Assembly: GCA_964521235.1 (NCBI GenBank)
Contig: CAZFRH010000002.1
Coordinates: forward strand, 10,025 to 74,024
Reading direction: 5' to 3'
Length of the DNA: 64,000 nucleotides
Origin: an uncultured Gammaproteobacteria bacterium
Lineage (GTDB): Bacteria; Patescibacteriota; Patescibacteriia; 2-12-FULL-60-25
Under the pieces are notes generated by a model. That model was given only the letters and a program-made list of their open reading frames with translations. It was not told where the DNA came from and ran no database searches. Positions 25,694-34,947 of this stretch are shown here, in pieces (the stretch's first letter is position 1; each line of letters starts with the position of its first letter). The position numbers and the translations under genes are program-made.

Positions 25694-28069
25694 TTACATG
25701 ATCCTGACTTCTGGGAGCGGGACGATGAATTTTGTGCCTTGGGCGATGAGAGCTTCTTCGCGTTGCCGGAAACCGTTGACGAAGCTGTAGGGGAGGGCGA
25801 GCAGGTAATCTGGTTTGGCGGCGCGCATTTCTTCCTCCGTTTTGATCGGGATGTCTGAACCGATCATGTATTTGCCGGGTTTGAAGGGGTTGCTGTCAGC
25901 GGCGGCGACAATGTCCATGTTGCCCAGGCCACAGTATTGGAGGATGGTGTTGCCTTTGGTCGAGGCGCCGTAGATCCAGACGCTTTTGCCTTCTGCTTTG
26001 ATGCGCTGCAAGAAGATGCGCAGGTCATCGCGTGATTTGGCGACCCGGGCCATGAAGGCGTGGTAGGTCGCGGGGTCAAACAGCCCTTCTTGTAGTTCGC
26101 GGGCGAGGAGCGCACGGCAACGTTCGGTCTGCGGGTGGAGGGTGCTCCCTTTCTTTTTTGCAAAGACGCGGAAGCTGCCGCCGTAGACGTCGTTTTCTGC
26201 GACGTCGAACATTTCGAGGCCAGCCCGCTCGAGCAGCCAGCGCATGTGTTGCGCGGCGTAGTAGCCGGCGTGTTCGTGCACGATGTTGTCGTACATGTTG
26301 GTCCGGATCATGGCTGGGAGGTAGGCCATCTGGATCACCCAGACACCGTCGTCATCTAAACACGCGGCGGCGTCACGGACGAGCTTCAGCGGATCGTCCA
26401 GGTGGTAGAACATGGCGACGCTGAACATGAGCTTGGCCTTTTTTTGCGAGACCGCCTCAAACCGTTCGCGCGTAAAGAAGCCGCGGACGTGGGTGTAGGT
26501 CGGGTTGTCCGCCAGGAGCGACTTTACGTTTTGTGCCGGGTCGATGTTAATGAGACGGCTGCCGGTGTCGCGGAAAAAGGAGAGGAGTGTCGCGTCGTTG
26601 CCACCGATGTCCAAGATCACATCTTGCGAATCAAGCGACACGAGGTCGCGTCCGCTCTTGGCCACGTCTTCCAAAATCTTGCCCATGGAAGAGTTGGTGG
26701 AGCTGGTGTACGGATAGGCGTCGTACATGGCGGTCAGGTCAAAGCGGTGGCCGAGTTGGACTAGGCCACATGTCTCTTCACCGCGTTTGACGCACATCAC
26801 GAGGTCTAAGGGATAACGCGAGGCGTCTTTGCGGTAGGAGAGGTCGGTCGGGAAGACGGACGACAAATACTGCTCGCCGATATCAATACAGGGGACGAGT
26901 TCGGTATTGCCGCACAGGCGGCAGCGCGTGACTTTTTCTGGCTTGTCCGTCTTCTTCCACGTCTGCATGAAAGACACGACGTTGCGCGCGTCTGGAAAGG
27001 TTGGTTCTGGGTTCGTTACTTCTTGGTGGTCAACTTCACCTTCAAACGCGATGTGCAACCCGAGTTCGGCGGCGAGGTCTTTTAAGGCGATGGCGTTACG
27101 TCCGCCCACTTCATGGATCCCGGTCTTGTCCAAGTTCGCGGCGATCCAGCCGACGGACGCGTCCAGCGGCGCAAAACAGTAGCGGCTTTCGCCGGAGACG
27201 AAGACCGGCTTACCTTGTGCCATGTCAGCCAAGACGCCTTTTTGGAGGTTCTCGCTATACATGGGGCCGAGCCGCACGATGAGCGCATCCTTGCCGCACA
27301 GCTGTTCGGCCACCGCTTTGTGACGTCCGTAGACCGTGTCTGGCTGGCTGCGCGCGGAGATCGAGCTGACTTGGATGAACTTTTTGTATTTCCAGCCGTT
27401 CACCAAATCAGCCGTCTTGGTGACCGTTTCGGCAAAATCCCAGGTCGGTTCTTTTTTGGCGCGGAAGCGGGCTGACGGCATGGCACAGTTGATGACGATG
27501 TCATACTCTCGTCCGCTTAACTCGCTAGCCGTGTCTCGCGTGACTGGCACGACCTCGAGGTCGCCGCGCGCGATGAGCGCTTTGCACAGCGCGCTCCCGA
27601 CATAGCCGTTGGCTCCTACGACCGCGACGCTGCGCTTTGGTTGTTCCGGCACCTTTTCGCCCTGGAGAAAATCCACCCGTACGATCGGCGGATGGCAATC
27701 GTCCCAACGTTTGGACAGGAGGGAGATGGCGGTCACGCGGGTGATCGCATAAAAGGTGTGGGATGTGCCTTTGGGCGTCCGCACGCAGGAGCCGCGGCTC
27801 ATGTGGATCTGCTGCTCTGGCTGGTCGGGGCTGTCGCGCCAGACCATGACACCGGACCCGTCTACCACCAAAAAGTACTCATTGAATTCTGGGTGGTAGT
27901 GGTGACCACGCGTCTTGCCGGGACGGAAGTAGAGCATGTTGAACTCCACCAGCGGATCCTGTGGAAGCCAGGTAAAAATGCCGCCCCGCCCGTCGCGGAC
28001 GGTCTCGAGGTTGCAGGAGGGGATCAGGACTTCGATGGGCATAAGTTCATCGAAGTATAGGGAGGTCAA
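25694..28069 (-). CDS. Tri-domain sugar-nucleotide enzyme: FdtA/WxcM-like cupin, NAD-dependent epimerase/dehydratase, and C-methyltransferase with Zn-ribbon
   Basis: The cupin has RGHHYHPEFNEYF. The SDR has VAVVGANGYVGSAL. The Zn-ribbon is CRLCGNTELVPCIDIGEQYLSSVF, followed by a SAM-MT core (VILDIGGNDA) and a C-terminal C-methyltransferase domain. The track start is TTG; an alternative ATG lies at 28042. Confidence 0.75.
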   Translation of the reverse strand: MTSLYFDELMPIEVLIPSCNLETVRDGRGGIFTWLPQDPLVEFNMLYFRPGKTRGHHYHPEFNEYFLVVDGSGVMVWRDSPDQPEQQIHMSRGSCVRTPKGTSHTFYAITRVTAISLLSKRWDDCHPPIVRVDFLQGEKVPEQPKRSVAVVGANGYVGSALCKALIARGDLEVVPVTRDTASELSGREYDIVINCAMPSARFRAKKEPTWDFAETVTKTADLVNGWKYKKFIQVSSISARSQPDTVYGRHKAVAEQLCGKDALIVRLGPMYSENLQKGVLADMAQGKPVFVSGESRYCFAPLDASVGWIAANLDKTGIHEVGGRNAIALKDLAAELGLHIAFEGEVDHQEVTNPEPTFPDARNVVSFMQTWKKTDKPEKVTRCRLCGNTELVPCIDIGEQYLSSVFPTDLSYRKDASRYPLDLVMCVKRGEETCGLVQLGHRFDLTAMYDAYPYTSSTNSSMGKILEDVAKSGRDLVSLDSQDVILDIGGNDATLLSFFRDTGSRLINIDPAQNVKSLLADNPTYTHVRGFFTRERFEAVSQKKAKLMFSVAMFYHLDDPLKLVRDAAACLDDDGVWVIQMAYLPAMIRTNMYDNIVHEHAGYYAAQHMRWLLERAGLEMFDVAENDVYGGSFRVFAKKKGSTLHPQTERCRALLARELQEGLFDPATYHAFMARVAKSRDDLRIFLQRIKAEGKSVWIYGASTKGNTILQYCGLGNMDIVAAADSNPFKPGKYMIGSDIPIKTEEEMRAAKPDYLLALPYSFVNGFRQREEALIAQGTKFIVPLPEVRIM

Positions 28070-28087
28070 CCCCTCCCGTCAAACGCC

Positions 28088-28816
28088 CTAACGGGTGAAA
28101 AAAACCATCTTGAGGAGCTTCCAAAAATAGGCTGGAGCTTGCCGAAAAAAGCTGACTTTTGACTCTCCGGCCAGGCGCGGGGCAAAGGTGACCGGGATCT
28201 CCGTGATCCTCGCGTCCGCGCGCTTCGCTTTGAGGATGACTTCGAACAAAAAGAAGTGCCGGTCCTCGACGGTCGTGAGTTTTTGCCACAGGTCGCGCCG
28301 CATGATGCGGAAGTCCGTATTGTAGTTCTTGAGGCCGATCCCGCACATGATCCCGATGACCAGGTTGGACATGGGGCTGATGATCTTGTTTTCGCACCAG
28401 CCGTGGAAAGAGAAGGCTCCGGGTTTGGCGTCATGCGCCCCTTGGGCGATCTTGTAGCCGAGCACCAGATCAAAGCCCGTTTGGATCTTTTCGTATAAGG
28501 CACGCATGTCACTCGCGGAAAAAGAGCAGTCCGCATCTGATGACAGGATGTATTCGCCGGAAGCCTTGTTGTAGCCGTCACGTAAAGCTGAACCTAAGCC
28601 CAACAAGCCAGCGCGTTCGAGCAGCAGGACGTTCGGGTTGGTTTTACGCATGTCTTCCAGCAGCTCGCGCGTACCGTCATGCGAGCCGTCGTCTACCACG
28701 ATGATCTCGTGGGCGGTGTCTTGGAACTCGGCCAGGATTTGTGGGATGAAGACCGCGAGGTTCTCCTTTTCTTTATACGTGGGCAGGACGATCGACAGCT
28801 TGAGCGGTGTTTCCAT
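28088..28816 (-). CDS. Glycosyltransferase family 2, polyprenol-phosphate sugar synthase (Dpm1-like)
   Basis: LSIVLPTYKEKENL, VVDDGSHDGT and SDADCSF (DxD-type). Confidence 0.85.
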   Translation of the reverse strand: METPLKLSIVLPTYKEKENLAVFIPQILAEFQDTAHEIIVVDDGSHDGTRELLEDMRKTNPNVLLLERAGLLGLGSALRDGYNKASGEYILSSDADCSFSASDMRALYEKIQTGFDLVLGYKIAQGAHDAKPGAFSFHGWCENKIISPMSNLVIGIMCGIGLKNYNTDFRIMRRDLWQKLTTVEDRHFFLFEVILKAKRADARITEIPVTFAPRLAGESKVSFFRQAPAYFWKLLKMVFFTR

Positions 28817-28830
28817 AGGGGAGCCACGGG

Positions 28831-30297
28831 TTACTTACGTTCAAAAATAAGATAACTACCTTGGTGTAAGCTGGTTTGTTTTTGGTAGTTTTCCAACCAG
28901 GGTTGGGCTTCGGTTTCCAGAGCTCCGGCCACGATCACAACATCTGGGACGCCTTTTTGCAACTGGGGGAGCGCTTCCTTCCCAAAGGCGTCATCATAGT
29001 AGAGGAGCTGGAAGTATTGGGAGTAGTTTTCGCCTTTGAAGAAGGTGACGGCCTCGGTTGCGTGATAAAAAAAGACCTGTTGGCTTGGGTCGAGCGCCGT
29101 GAAGTAGGCGGCAAGCTCGCGGGTCCGGGTGTCGTCGTAAGCGTAGGCGACCCAGGAGTTAAAGAGGGTCTGGTGCACTTGGAACAGGATGAGCCCCGTT
29201 AAACCGACCATGAGCATCATTTCCATCCGTTTTTTTGTCAGCCACGCACCTAGGCGTGACGGCACAAGGGTAAAGCAGGCGGCGACAAAATACGGGAAGA
29301 TGATGACCTGGGCTACAAACAGATAACGGAACACGCCTGGCATCTTTAAAAAGTAGGCGACGCTGAGCAGGACAAAGCCGAGCGAGACGTATTCATGCAG
29401 CGGGAGGGGAGATTGGCGTTTCCAGCGGAGACAGACCGAAGCAAGCCAGGTGATGAGAGTGATGAGGAGATAGGCAGGAGTCGCCTGTTGGAAAAAAGAC
29501 GCCAGGTTTTTCAGGACCAGGCCCGGGAGGGTCAGCCCGGTGAGTTTTTCTAGGCCTGGTAAGTTGCCATAACTCGTAAAGCTGGTGAAGATGTCCACGG
29601 AAAAACCGAATTGGATCACCATGTTGATGGCGATGGGGAGGATCAGGGCGCCAAAACAGAGGGAGAGGTCACTCCAGCGGTAGGTGAAGCGTTTGCGTAG
29701 CAAGAGGAACGCGAGGCCGAGGATGGGGATGAGTAGGATGAAACTGGATTTTGTCGCGATGAACAGTCCGGCTACGAATCCCGTCATGATCCAGAGCCAG
29801 GTTTTTGGTTTGGTCTCGCGTTCCAGTTTGGCCAGGAGGAATACAAAGAGGAAAAAATAAAATAGTCCGGGGACTTCTCCTAAAACGTTCTTGCCGTTGC
29901 CGTAGACCGGCGCGTGGGTCGCGATGAGGAGTGTTACCCACAGGGCGTGCCGTGAGTCCCAGGCACGTTTGGTAAAGAAAAACGCCATCGTGACCATGAG
30001 CAGGATGTAGGCCACCATGACGATGCGCGCTTGGAGCAGGCCGATCCCGAAGAGGGCAAAGCTCGCACTCAATGGCGCCACCAATGGAAAGCCAATGGTA
30101 CTGACGACACCAGCTGGGACGAGTTCACTCGGCGAGACGCGTAAGGTGTATCCGTGGGAGAGCGGTACGTTACGCGCGATTTGCAGGAAGATGCCTTCGT
30201 CAAACCAGGTCTTGGGGCTTTCTGATAACTTGTAGGTCGAAAAAAAACCGGCGACGAGGAGGCAGAGGAGAAGACCGATGACCCACTTTTTTCCCAT
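28831..30297 (-). CDS. Polytopic membrane glycosyltransferase, GT-C (ArnT/PMT family 39-like)
   Basis: 488 aa with at least 10 TM segments and an N-terminal DE-containing first loop (WFDEGIF). It lies next to the Dpm1-like GT2. Confidence 0.6.
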   Translation of the reverse strand: MGKKWVIGLLLCLLVAGFFSTYKLSESPKTWFDEGIFLQIARNVPLSHGYTLRVSPSELVPAGVVSTIGFPLVAPLSASFALFGIGLLQARIVMVAYILLMVTMAFFFTKRAWDSRHALWVTLLIATHAPVYGNGKNVLGEVPGLFYFFLFVFLLAKLERETKPKTWLWIMTGFVAGLFIATKSSFILLIPILGLAFLLLRKRFTYRWSDLSLCFGALILPIAINMVIQFGFSVDIFTSFTSYGNLPGLEKLTGLTLPGLVLKNLASFFQQATPAYLLITLITWLASVCLRWKRQSPLPLHEYVSLGFVLLSVAYFLKMPGVFRYLFVAQVIIFPYFVAACFTLVPSRLGAWLTKKRMEMMLMVGLTGLILFQVHQTLFNSWVAYAYDDTRTRELAAYFTALDPSQQVFFYHATEAVTFFKGENYSQYFQLLYYDDAFGKEALPQLQKGVPDVVIVAGALETEAQPWLENYQKQTSLHQGSYLIFERK

Positions 30298-30338
30298 ACG
30301 ATGTGCTGAAAATAGCCCAGACGGACGGTTTTAGCAAA

Positions 30339-30764
30339 TTACCGGCAGGCCACATCAAACGTCTGTATTTCTTTGTTCTTCAGCTTGTCGAGGGTGATCG
30401 GAATGAGCCAGGTGAGGTTGCCGATGATGTTGTTGGGGAGGGCGTCGACGCCGAACCATTCGACGGGTTCGCTTTCTTGCGTTTTTGCATCGTCGGGATT
30501 TCCAAGATAAACGTAAGCGAGGACGTCGACACCCCAGGTTGGTCCGTGCATACAGCCGATGAACGTCCATTGGTTCTTTTCGGTCACGAGGCCAGCTTCT
30601 TCTTTGACTTCACGTGTGATGCAGGACGCAGCGTCTTCACCTTCCTCCATCTTTCCTCCCAAGCCGTTCACTTTACCGGCCTGCCACTCAGGATGGGTCT
30701 TGTGGATCAGCAAGACTTGGTCGAGGTCCGTCGTAAAGACAAAGCCAAGGGTGAAACGCTTCAT
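30339..30764 (-). CDS. NUDIX hydrolase
   Basis: 141 aa with the Nudix box GGKMEEGEDAASCITREVKEEAGL. The upstream part of the track ORF is antisense to msrA and is rejected. Confidence 0.85.
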   Translation of the reverse strand: MKRFTLGFVFTTDLDQVLLIHKTHPEWQAGKVNGLGGKMEEGEDAASCITREVKEEAGLVTEKNQWTFIGCMHGPTWGVDVLAYVYLGNPDDAKTQESEPVEWFGVDALPNNIIGNLTWLIPITLDKLKNKEIQTFDVACR

Positions 30765-30845
30765 GTCCAGAGCATAACAGCGGGAGGGAGAAAGGCAACA
30801 GGAGGTTCCCTTGTCTGATTTGGTGTAGGTCGTTATTGTTTGGGC

Positions 30846-31379
30846 ATGACAATGAGCAATCAATTTGCCGTGTTCGGTGGTGGGTGTTTTTGGTGTACGG
30901 AAGCGGTGTTTGAGCAGCTGAAGGGGGTCATCTCGGTCATGCCCGGGTATGCGGGCGGTACGTCGCCGAATCCGACATATGAATCCGTGTGTTCCGGGAC
31001 GACGGGGCATGCGGAAGTGTTGCGTGTGGAATTTGACCCGTCGGTCATTTCGTATGAAGACCTGTTGACCGTCTTTTTTGCCTCCCATGATCCGACGACG
31101 TTGAACCGCCAGGGGAATGATGTGGGGACGCAGTATCGTTCGATCATCCTGACGACGTCTGACGAGCAGCGGCAAGCGGCCGAAGCGTTCATCAAGAAGC
31201 TGGATGAAGACGGGCCGAAGGTCGTGACGGAAGTGAAGCCCCTCGAAACGTTCCACGAAGCAGAGGCGTATCACCACCACTATTTCCAAACGCATCCGGA
31301 ACAGGCGTACTGCCAGCTGATCATTAACCCAAAGCTCGAGAAAGTGAAAAAGAAGTTTGAACAATTATTTATCAAATGA
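30846..31379 (+). CDS. msrA: Peptide-methionine (S)-S-oxide reductase
   Basis: [13 protein letters not shown] and [12 protein letters not shown]. The track start at 30840 is TTG; the first ATG is at 30846. Confidence 0.93.
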   Translation: MTMSNQFAVFGGGCFWCTEAVFEQLKGVISVMPGYAGGTSPNPTYESVCSGTTGHAEVLRVEFDPSVISYEDLLTVFFASHDPTTLNRQGNDVGTQYRSIILTTSDEQRQAAEAFIKKLDEDGPKVVTEVKPLETFHEAEAYHHHYFQTHPEQAYCQLIINPKLEKVKKKFEQLFIK

Positions 31380-31762
31380 CTATGGACATCAAAAAAGACG
31401 AGGAGCTGTCACCGGAGCTGTACCGCGTGGCGCGCGAGAAGGGGACGGAAGCGCCGTTTACCGGCACATATGTGGACAACCACGAAGCTGGGATGTACCG
31501 CTGCGCTGTCTGCGGGACGGAACTGTTTTCGTCAGATACGAAGTTTGATTCTGGGAGCGGTTGGCCGAGCTTTACGGAACCCGCCAACTTGGAACACGTC
31601 GTCTTGAAAGAAGACAACGACCTTGGGATGCGACGGACGGAAGTGACCTGTAAAACATGCGGTGCGCATTTGGGACACGTGTTTGATGATGGGCCGAGCG
31701 ACAAGGGAGGCAAGCGATACTGCATCAATTCCGTCTGCCTCGCGTTCGATAAGAAGGCCTAA
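31376..31762 (+). CDS. msrB: Peptide-methionine (R)-S-oxide reductase
   Basis: [24 protein letters not shown] and [25 protein letters not shown] overlap with msrA. Confidence 0.95.
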   Translation: MTMDIKKDEELSPELYRVAREKGTEAPFTGTYVDNHEAGMYRCAVCGTELFSSDTKFDSGSGWPSFTEPANLEHVVLKEDNDLGMRRTEVTCKTCGAHLGHVFDDGPSDKGGKRYCINSVCLAFDKKA

Positions 31763-31765
31763 AAC

Positions 31766-33454
31766 GTGTTATCATACGGCGTGATGACGCCGTTCCTTGA
31801 GATCGGGTTGATCTTTGGCATCGCGACCTTGGTCGCGTGTGTCATGCAACGGTTGAAGCTGCCATTTATTTTGGGGCATATCGTGACGGGTATCGTCGTC
31901 GGCCCCATCGTGCTGAACCTTGTCCATTCCAAAGAGGCGATGGAAGTGTTTGCGCAGCTCGGCATCACCGCGCTTTTGTTCATCGTTGGGATCGGGCTCA
32001 ACCCAAAAGTCATCCGCGACATCGGCAAGGTTGCCGTGGTCACGGGGCTTGGGCAGATCATCTTCACGTCCGTGATCGGTTTTGGGTTGGCGCGCCTGCT
32101 CGGGTTCGCGACCGTGCCGGCGCTCTTTATCGCGACCGCCCTCACCTTTAGCAGCACGATCATCATCATGAAGCTGCTCGGTGACCGCGGGGATGAGGGC
32201 AAGCTGTACGGCCGCATCTCCATCGGCTTCTTGCTCGTGCAGGATTTGGTCGCGACCGTTCTTTTGATCGTGGCCGCCTCGTTGGCGAAGGGTGGGAGCT
32301 GGCAAGAGGCGCTTTCGGGCGTCGGTTTAATGAGCATCTTGCTTGGTGTTCTCGTGTACCTCGTGGCCCGTTTTCTCTTACCGCGTCTTGCACCGTATTT
32401 TGCTCAATCCCAGGAATTCCTGTTCCTCTTTACGATTGGTTGGGGCGTTGGGCTGTCAGCCTTGTTTGCGGCCGCTGGGTTGTCCGTCGAGATCGGCGCA
32501 TTGGCTGCGGGCATCGCGCTCGCGAGTTCGCCGTTCCGCCATGAGATCGGCGCCAAGATGAAGCTTTTGCGCGATTTCTTTTTGGTCATGTTCTTTATCC
32601 TGCTTGGTGCCCGGCTGACGTGGGGCGGGATCGCACAGGTCTGGATGCCGGCGACGGTCTTTTCCGCGTTTGTCCTGCTTGGGAACCCGTTGATCGTGTG
32701 GGTGCTGATGGGGCTCTTAGGCTACACGCGTAAGACCGCTTTTTTTGCGGGGCTGACCGTGGCGCAGATCAGCGAGTTCTCGCTGATCCTTGCGCTCCTC
32801 GGCGTGCAGGGCGGGTTTATCTCCCAAGAAGTCGTGACGTTGCTTACGGTTGTGGGGTTGGTCACGATCGCCGGATCGTCCCTCTTCCTCGTATACGGCG
32901 ACGGCCTGTATCGCCTGGTCGGTCCATGGATCGGGTGGCTTGAACGCGCGGAGACCATTCGTGAACGGCGTAAGAAAGAACAGTATGACGCGATCGTGTT
33001 CGGTTGCCACCGTGTCGGCGCTGATTTTTTGAAGAGCTTGACCAAGCGGGGACTCAAAACGCTGGTCGTTGACTTTGACCCCGGGGTAATCGACCGTCTG
33101 CAGAATGAAAACATGACGGCACGGTACGGCGACGCGCATGACGCGGACTTCATCGACGATTTGGATTTGAAGCGGACGTCGCTCATCGTGAGCACGGTTC
33201 CTGACCACGAGACCAACACTTTTTTGCTCGAGCGCGTCCGCCGCGTGAATGCAGACGCTGTCGTCATGCTCATCGCGTCATCTGCGGACGAAGCTCATGT
33301 TTTGTACGACAGCGGTGCGGACTACGTCATCATGCCGCACTACTTGGGCGGTAACTACGCTGCGATGCTCCTCGAACGGTTTGGGACAAACAAGAAACGG
33401 TTTGAAGTAGAGAAGGGGAAGCACCTCAAGCATTTGGAGGTGCGGGTGGGGTAG
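31766..33454 (+). CDS. Cation:proton antiporter (CPA2/Kef-type) with a C-terminal TrkA-N (RCK) domain
   Basis: 562 aa with about 12 TM segments and a Rossmann-like AIVFGCHRVGADF region. Start is GTG at 31766 or ATG at 31784. Confidence 0.85.
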   Translation: MLSYGVMTPFLEIGLIFGIATLVACVMQRLKLPFILGHIVTGIVVGPIVLNLVHSKEAMEVFAQLGITALLFIVGIGLNPKVIRDIGKVAVVTGLGQIIFTSVIGFGLARLLGFATVPALFIATALTFSSTIIIMKLLGDRGDEGKLYGRISIGFLLVQDLVATVLLIVAASLAKGGSWQEALSGVGLMSILLGVLVYLVARFLLPRLAPYFAQSQEFLFLFTIGWGVGLSALFAAAGLSVEIGALAAGIALASSPFRHEIGAKMKLLRDFFLVMFFILLGARLTWGGIAQVWMPATVFSAFVLLGNPLIVWVLMGLLGYTRKTAFFAGLTVAQISEFSLILALLGVQGGFISQEVVTLLTVVGLVTIAGSSLFLVYGDGLYRLVGPWIGWLERAETIRERRKKEQYDAIVFGCHRVGADFLKSLTKRGLKTLVVDFDPGVIDRLQNENMTARYGDAHDADFIDDLDLKRTSLIVSTVPDHETNTFLLERVRRVNADAVVMLIASSADEAHVLYDSGADYVIMPHYLGGNYAAMLLERFGTNKKRFEVEKGKHLKHLEVRVG

Positions 33455-33458
33455 GGGC

Positions 33459-33487
33459 TTGAAAGACATTATCGTTTGTGTTATAGA
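33459..33487 (+). promoter_or_regulatory. Sigma70-like promoter of the E2-E1-Ubl cassette
   Basis: TTGAAA-N17-TATAGA, then AAGGAG and ATG at 33511/33517. Confidence 0.55.
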
Positions 33488-33510
33488 CCAGGCGGCCCTT
33501 TGACAAGGAG

Positions 33511-34947
33511 ATGGCCATGATCGAGCTCGATCCGGTCCTGGAATTTTCTGCTGGAAAGCCGTTTGCTTTGCCCTGGCACCTGGTGCAGCCGCATGCCGAA
33601 CGGGTTGCTCAGCATCTCGGGTGCACCGTCCGGCCGCGTGAGGCCAAAGTGGAGGGGCTCGTCGTGGACGTGGTCGTTTTCCCTGGAAAGCTCAAGGGAC
33701 GGGAGACGAGTGAGCTCCTGTCCGACCTCGTCCCGGGACCGATGCCCCATCCATCCAACCGAGCCTTCTTTCGAGCAGAGCTCGGAAACAGGTTCTTGGT
33801 CTGTATTGCCGGTGAGCCTTGCAGCGAGATCTTTTTCCAGAAGGAGGCCACGGATGACGAGGAACGGAAGCGCCCTTCGCGTCAGCCGCATGTCCAGGCG
33901 GTGCTGAAGCTGGAGTTGGACCGCGTTGCGTGCCTGACGGGTCAGTTCCTCGTTCTCAACATGGCGTCAGAGTTACCGTGCCCGCCTTTGCCTGTTGAGC
34001 CGGGGAGGGTTGATATCCTCCTCGGTTCCATTCCACCTGGCGAGTACACCCATCGGTACGTGAGAAAGGCGTTTGGCCTGTGTCTCGAGCATGAGGGAAA
34101 GGAAGTCTGGGTACGTAATCCCACGAAGGGACGCGGGGTCGTCGTCAAAGACGACCAGGGTGAGGCGGTGGTGCAAATCATCGACCGCACCGTCTACTTC
34201 CTCTACCCCGTCACTTCCTACTACCACCAGGGTGTGACCGAGGCCCTGTTCCGTCACGGGCTCGTCCGGGCCATGAATGCCTTGCGTGACATGGAGCGCG
34301 GGAAGCTCTTGCCTCCCAAGCCAGAGTTCGGGCTTGCCCCTTTCGTCGCCATGGTACAGGAGGACACGGACGGTCGTGCCGCTCATTTTCGCAAGAGGAT
34401 CAAGGAGGTCGAGACGGAGATCGATTCCCTTCGTAGCCAGCTCGAGAGCCAGTACCGGCAGCTTCTCGAGTTCCGGGCGGCGGCCGCCCAAGAACAAAAC
34501 CAGACGCTCCATGCCGACGTCCTCAAACGTGTTCCGTCAGACTATCGCCGGCTGAAGCGCCTGCCGCTCGTCGGACGGGTGTACATGTGTGAGGGCGGGT
34601 TGCAGGTGGAGACGCGCGAGATCGTCGTTGCCCATGAGGGCGTGCGATATCCCACGGGACGCTTTATCGTCCGGTTTTCCCGGACGGGCGTGCTGTCCAT
34701 CTGGGCGATCGAGACCCGCCACCCGGATGGCGTCCCGCATCCGCACCTACGCAAGTACGGCTCTCCCTGTTTTGGGACGGCGTCCGAAGCCATTTCCCGC
34801 GCAGCTGGCGAGATCCGCTACGCTGATGCGATGGAGCTGATCCTACGTTGGCTGACCGAAGGGTATGCGCCCGAGGTCGCCTCGACGAAAATCGAGACCT
34901 GGCCACGGGAAGAAAACCCTGCGGCAGACAAGGAGGCTGCGGAATGA
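33511..34947 (+). CDS. 478-aa protein: unknown N-terminal region, coiled coil, and a C-terminal E2 (UBC)-like domain
   Basis: The C-terminus reads YPTGRFIVRF...HPDGVPHPHLRKYGSPCFG...ILRWL. HPH-x7-C is in the same register as the eukaryotic HPN-x7-C. A heptad-like region spans residues ~290-340. The start may be 33517. Confidence 0.65.
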   Translation: MAMIELDPVLEFSAGKPFALPWHLVQPHAERVAQHLGCTVRPREAKVEGLVVDVVVFPGKLKGRETSELLSDLVPGPMPHPSNRAFFRAELGNRFLVCIAGEPCSEIFFQKEATDDEERKRPSRQPHVQAVLKLELDRVACLTGQFLVLNMASELPCPPLPVEPGRVDILLGSIPPGEYTHRYVRKAFGLCLEHEGKEVWVRNPTKGRGVVVKDDQGEAVVQIIDRTVYFLYPVTSYYHQGVTEALFRHGLVRAMNALRDMERGKLLPPKPEFGLAPFVAMVQEDTDGRAAHFRKRIKEVETEIDSLRSQLESQYRQLLEFRAAAAQEQNQTLHADVLKRVPSDYRRLKRLPLVGRVYMCEGGLQVETREIVVAHEGVRYPTGRFIVRFSRTGVLSIWAIETRHPDGVPHPHLRKYGSPCFGTASEAISRAAGEIRYADAMELILRWLTEGYAPEVASTKIETWPREENPAADKEAAE

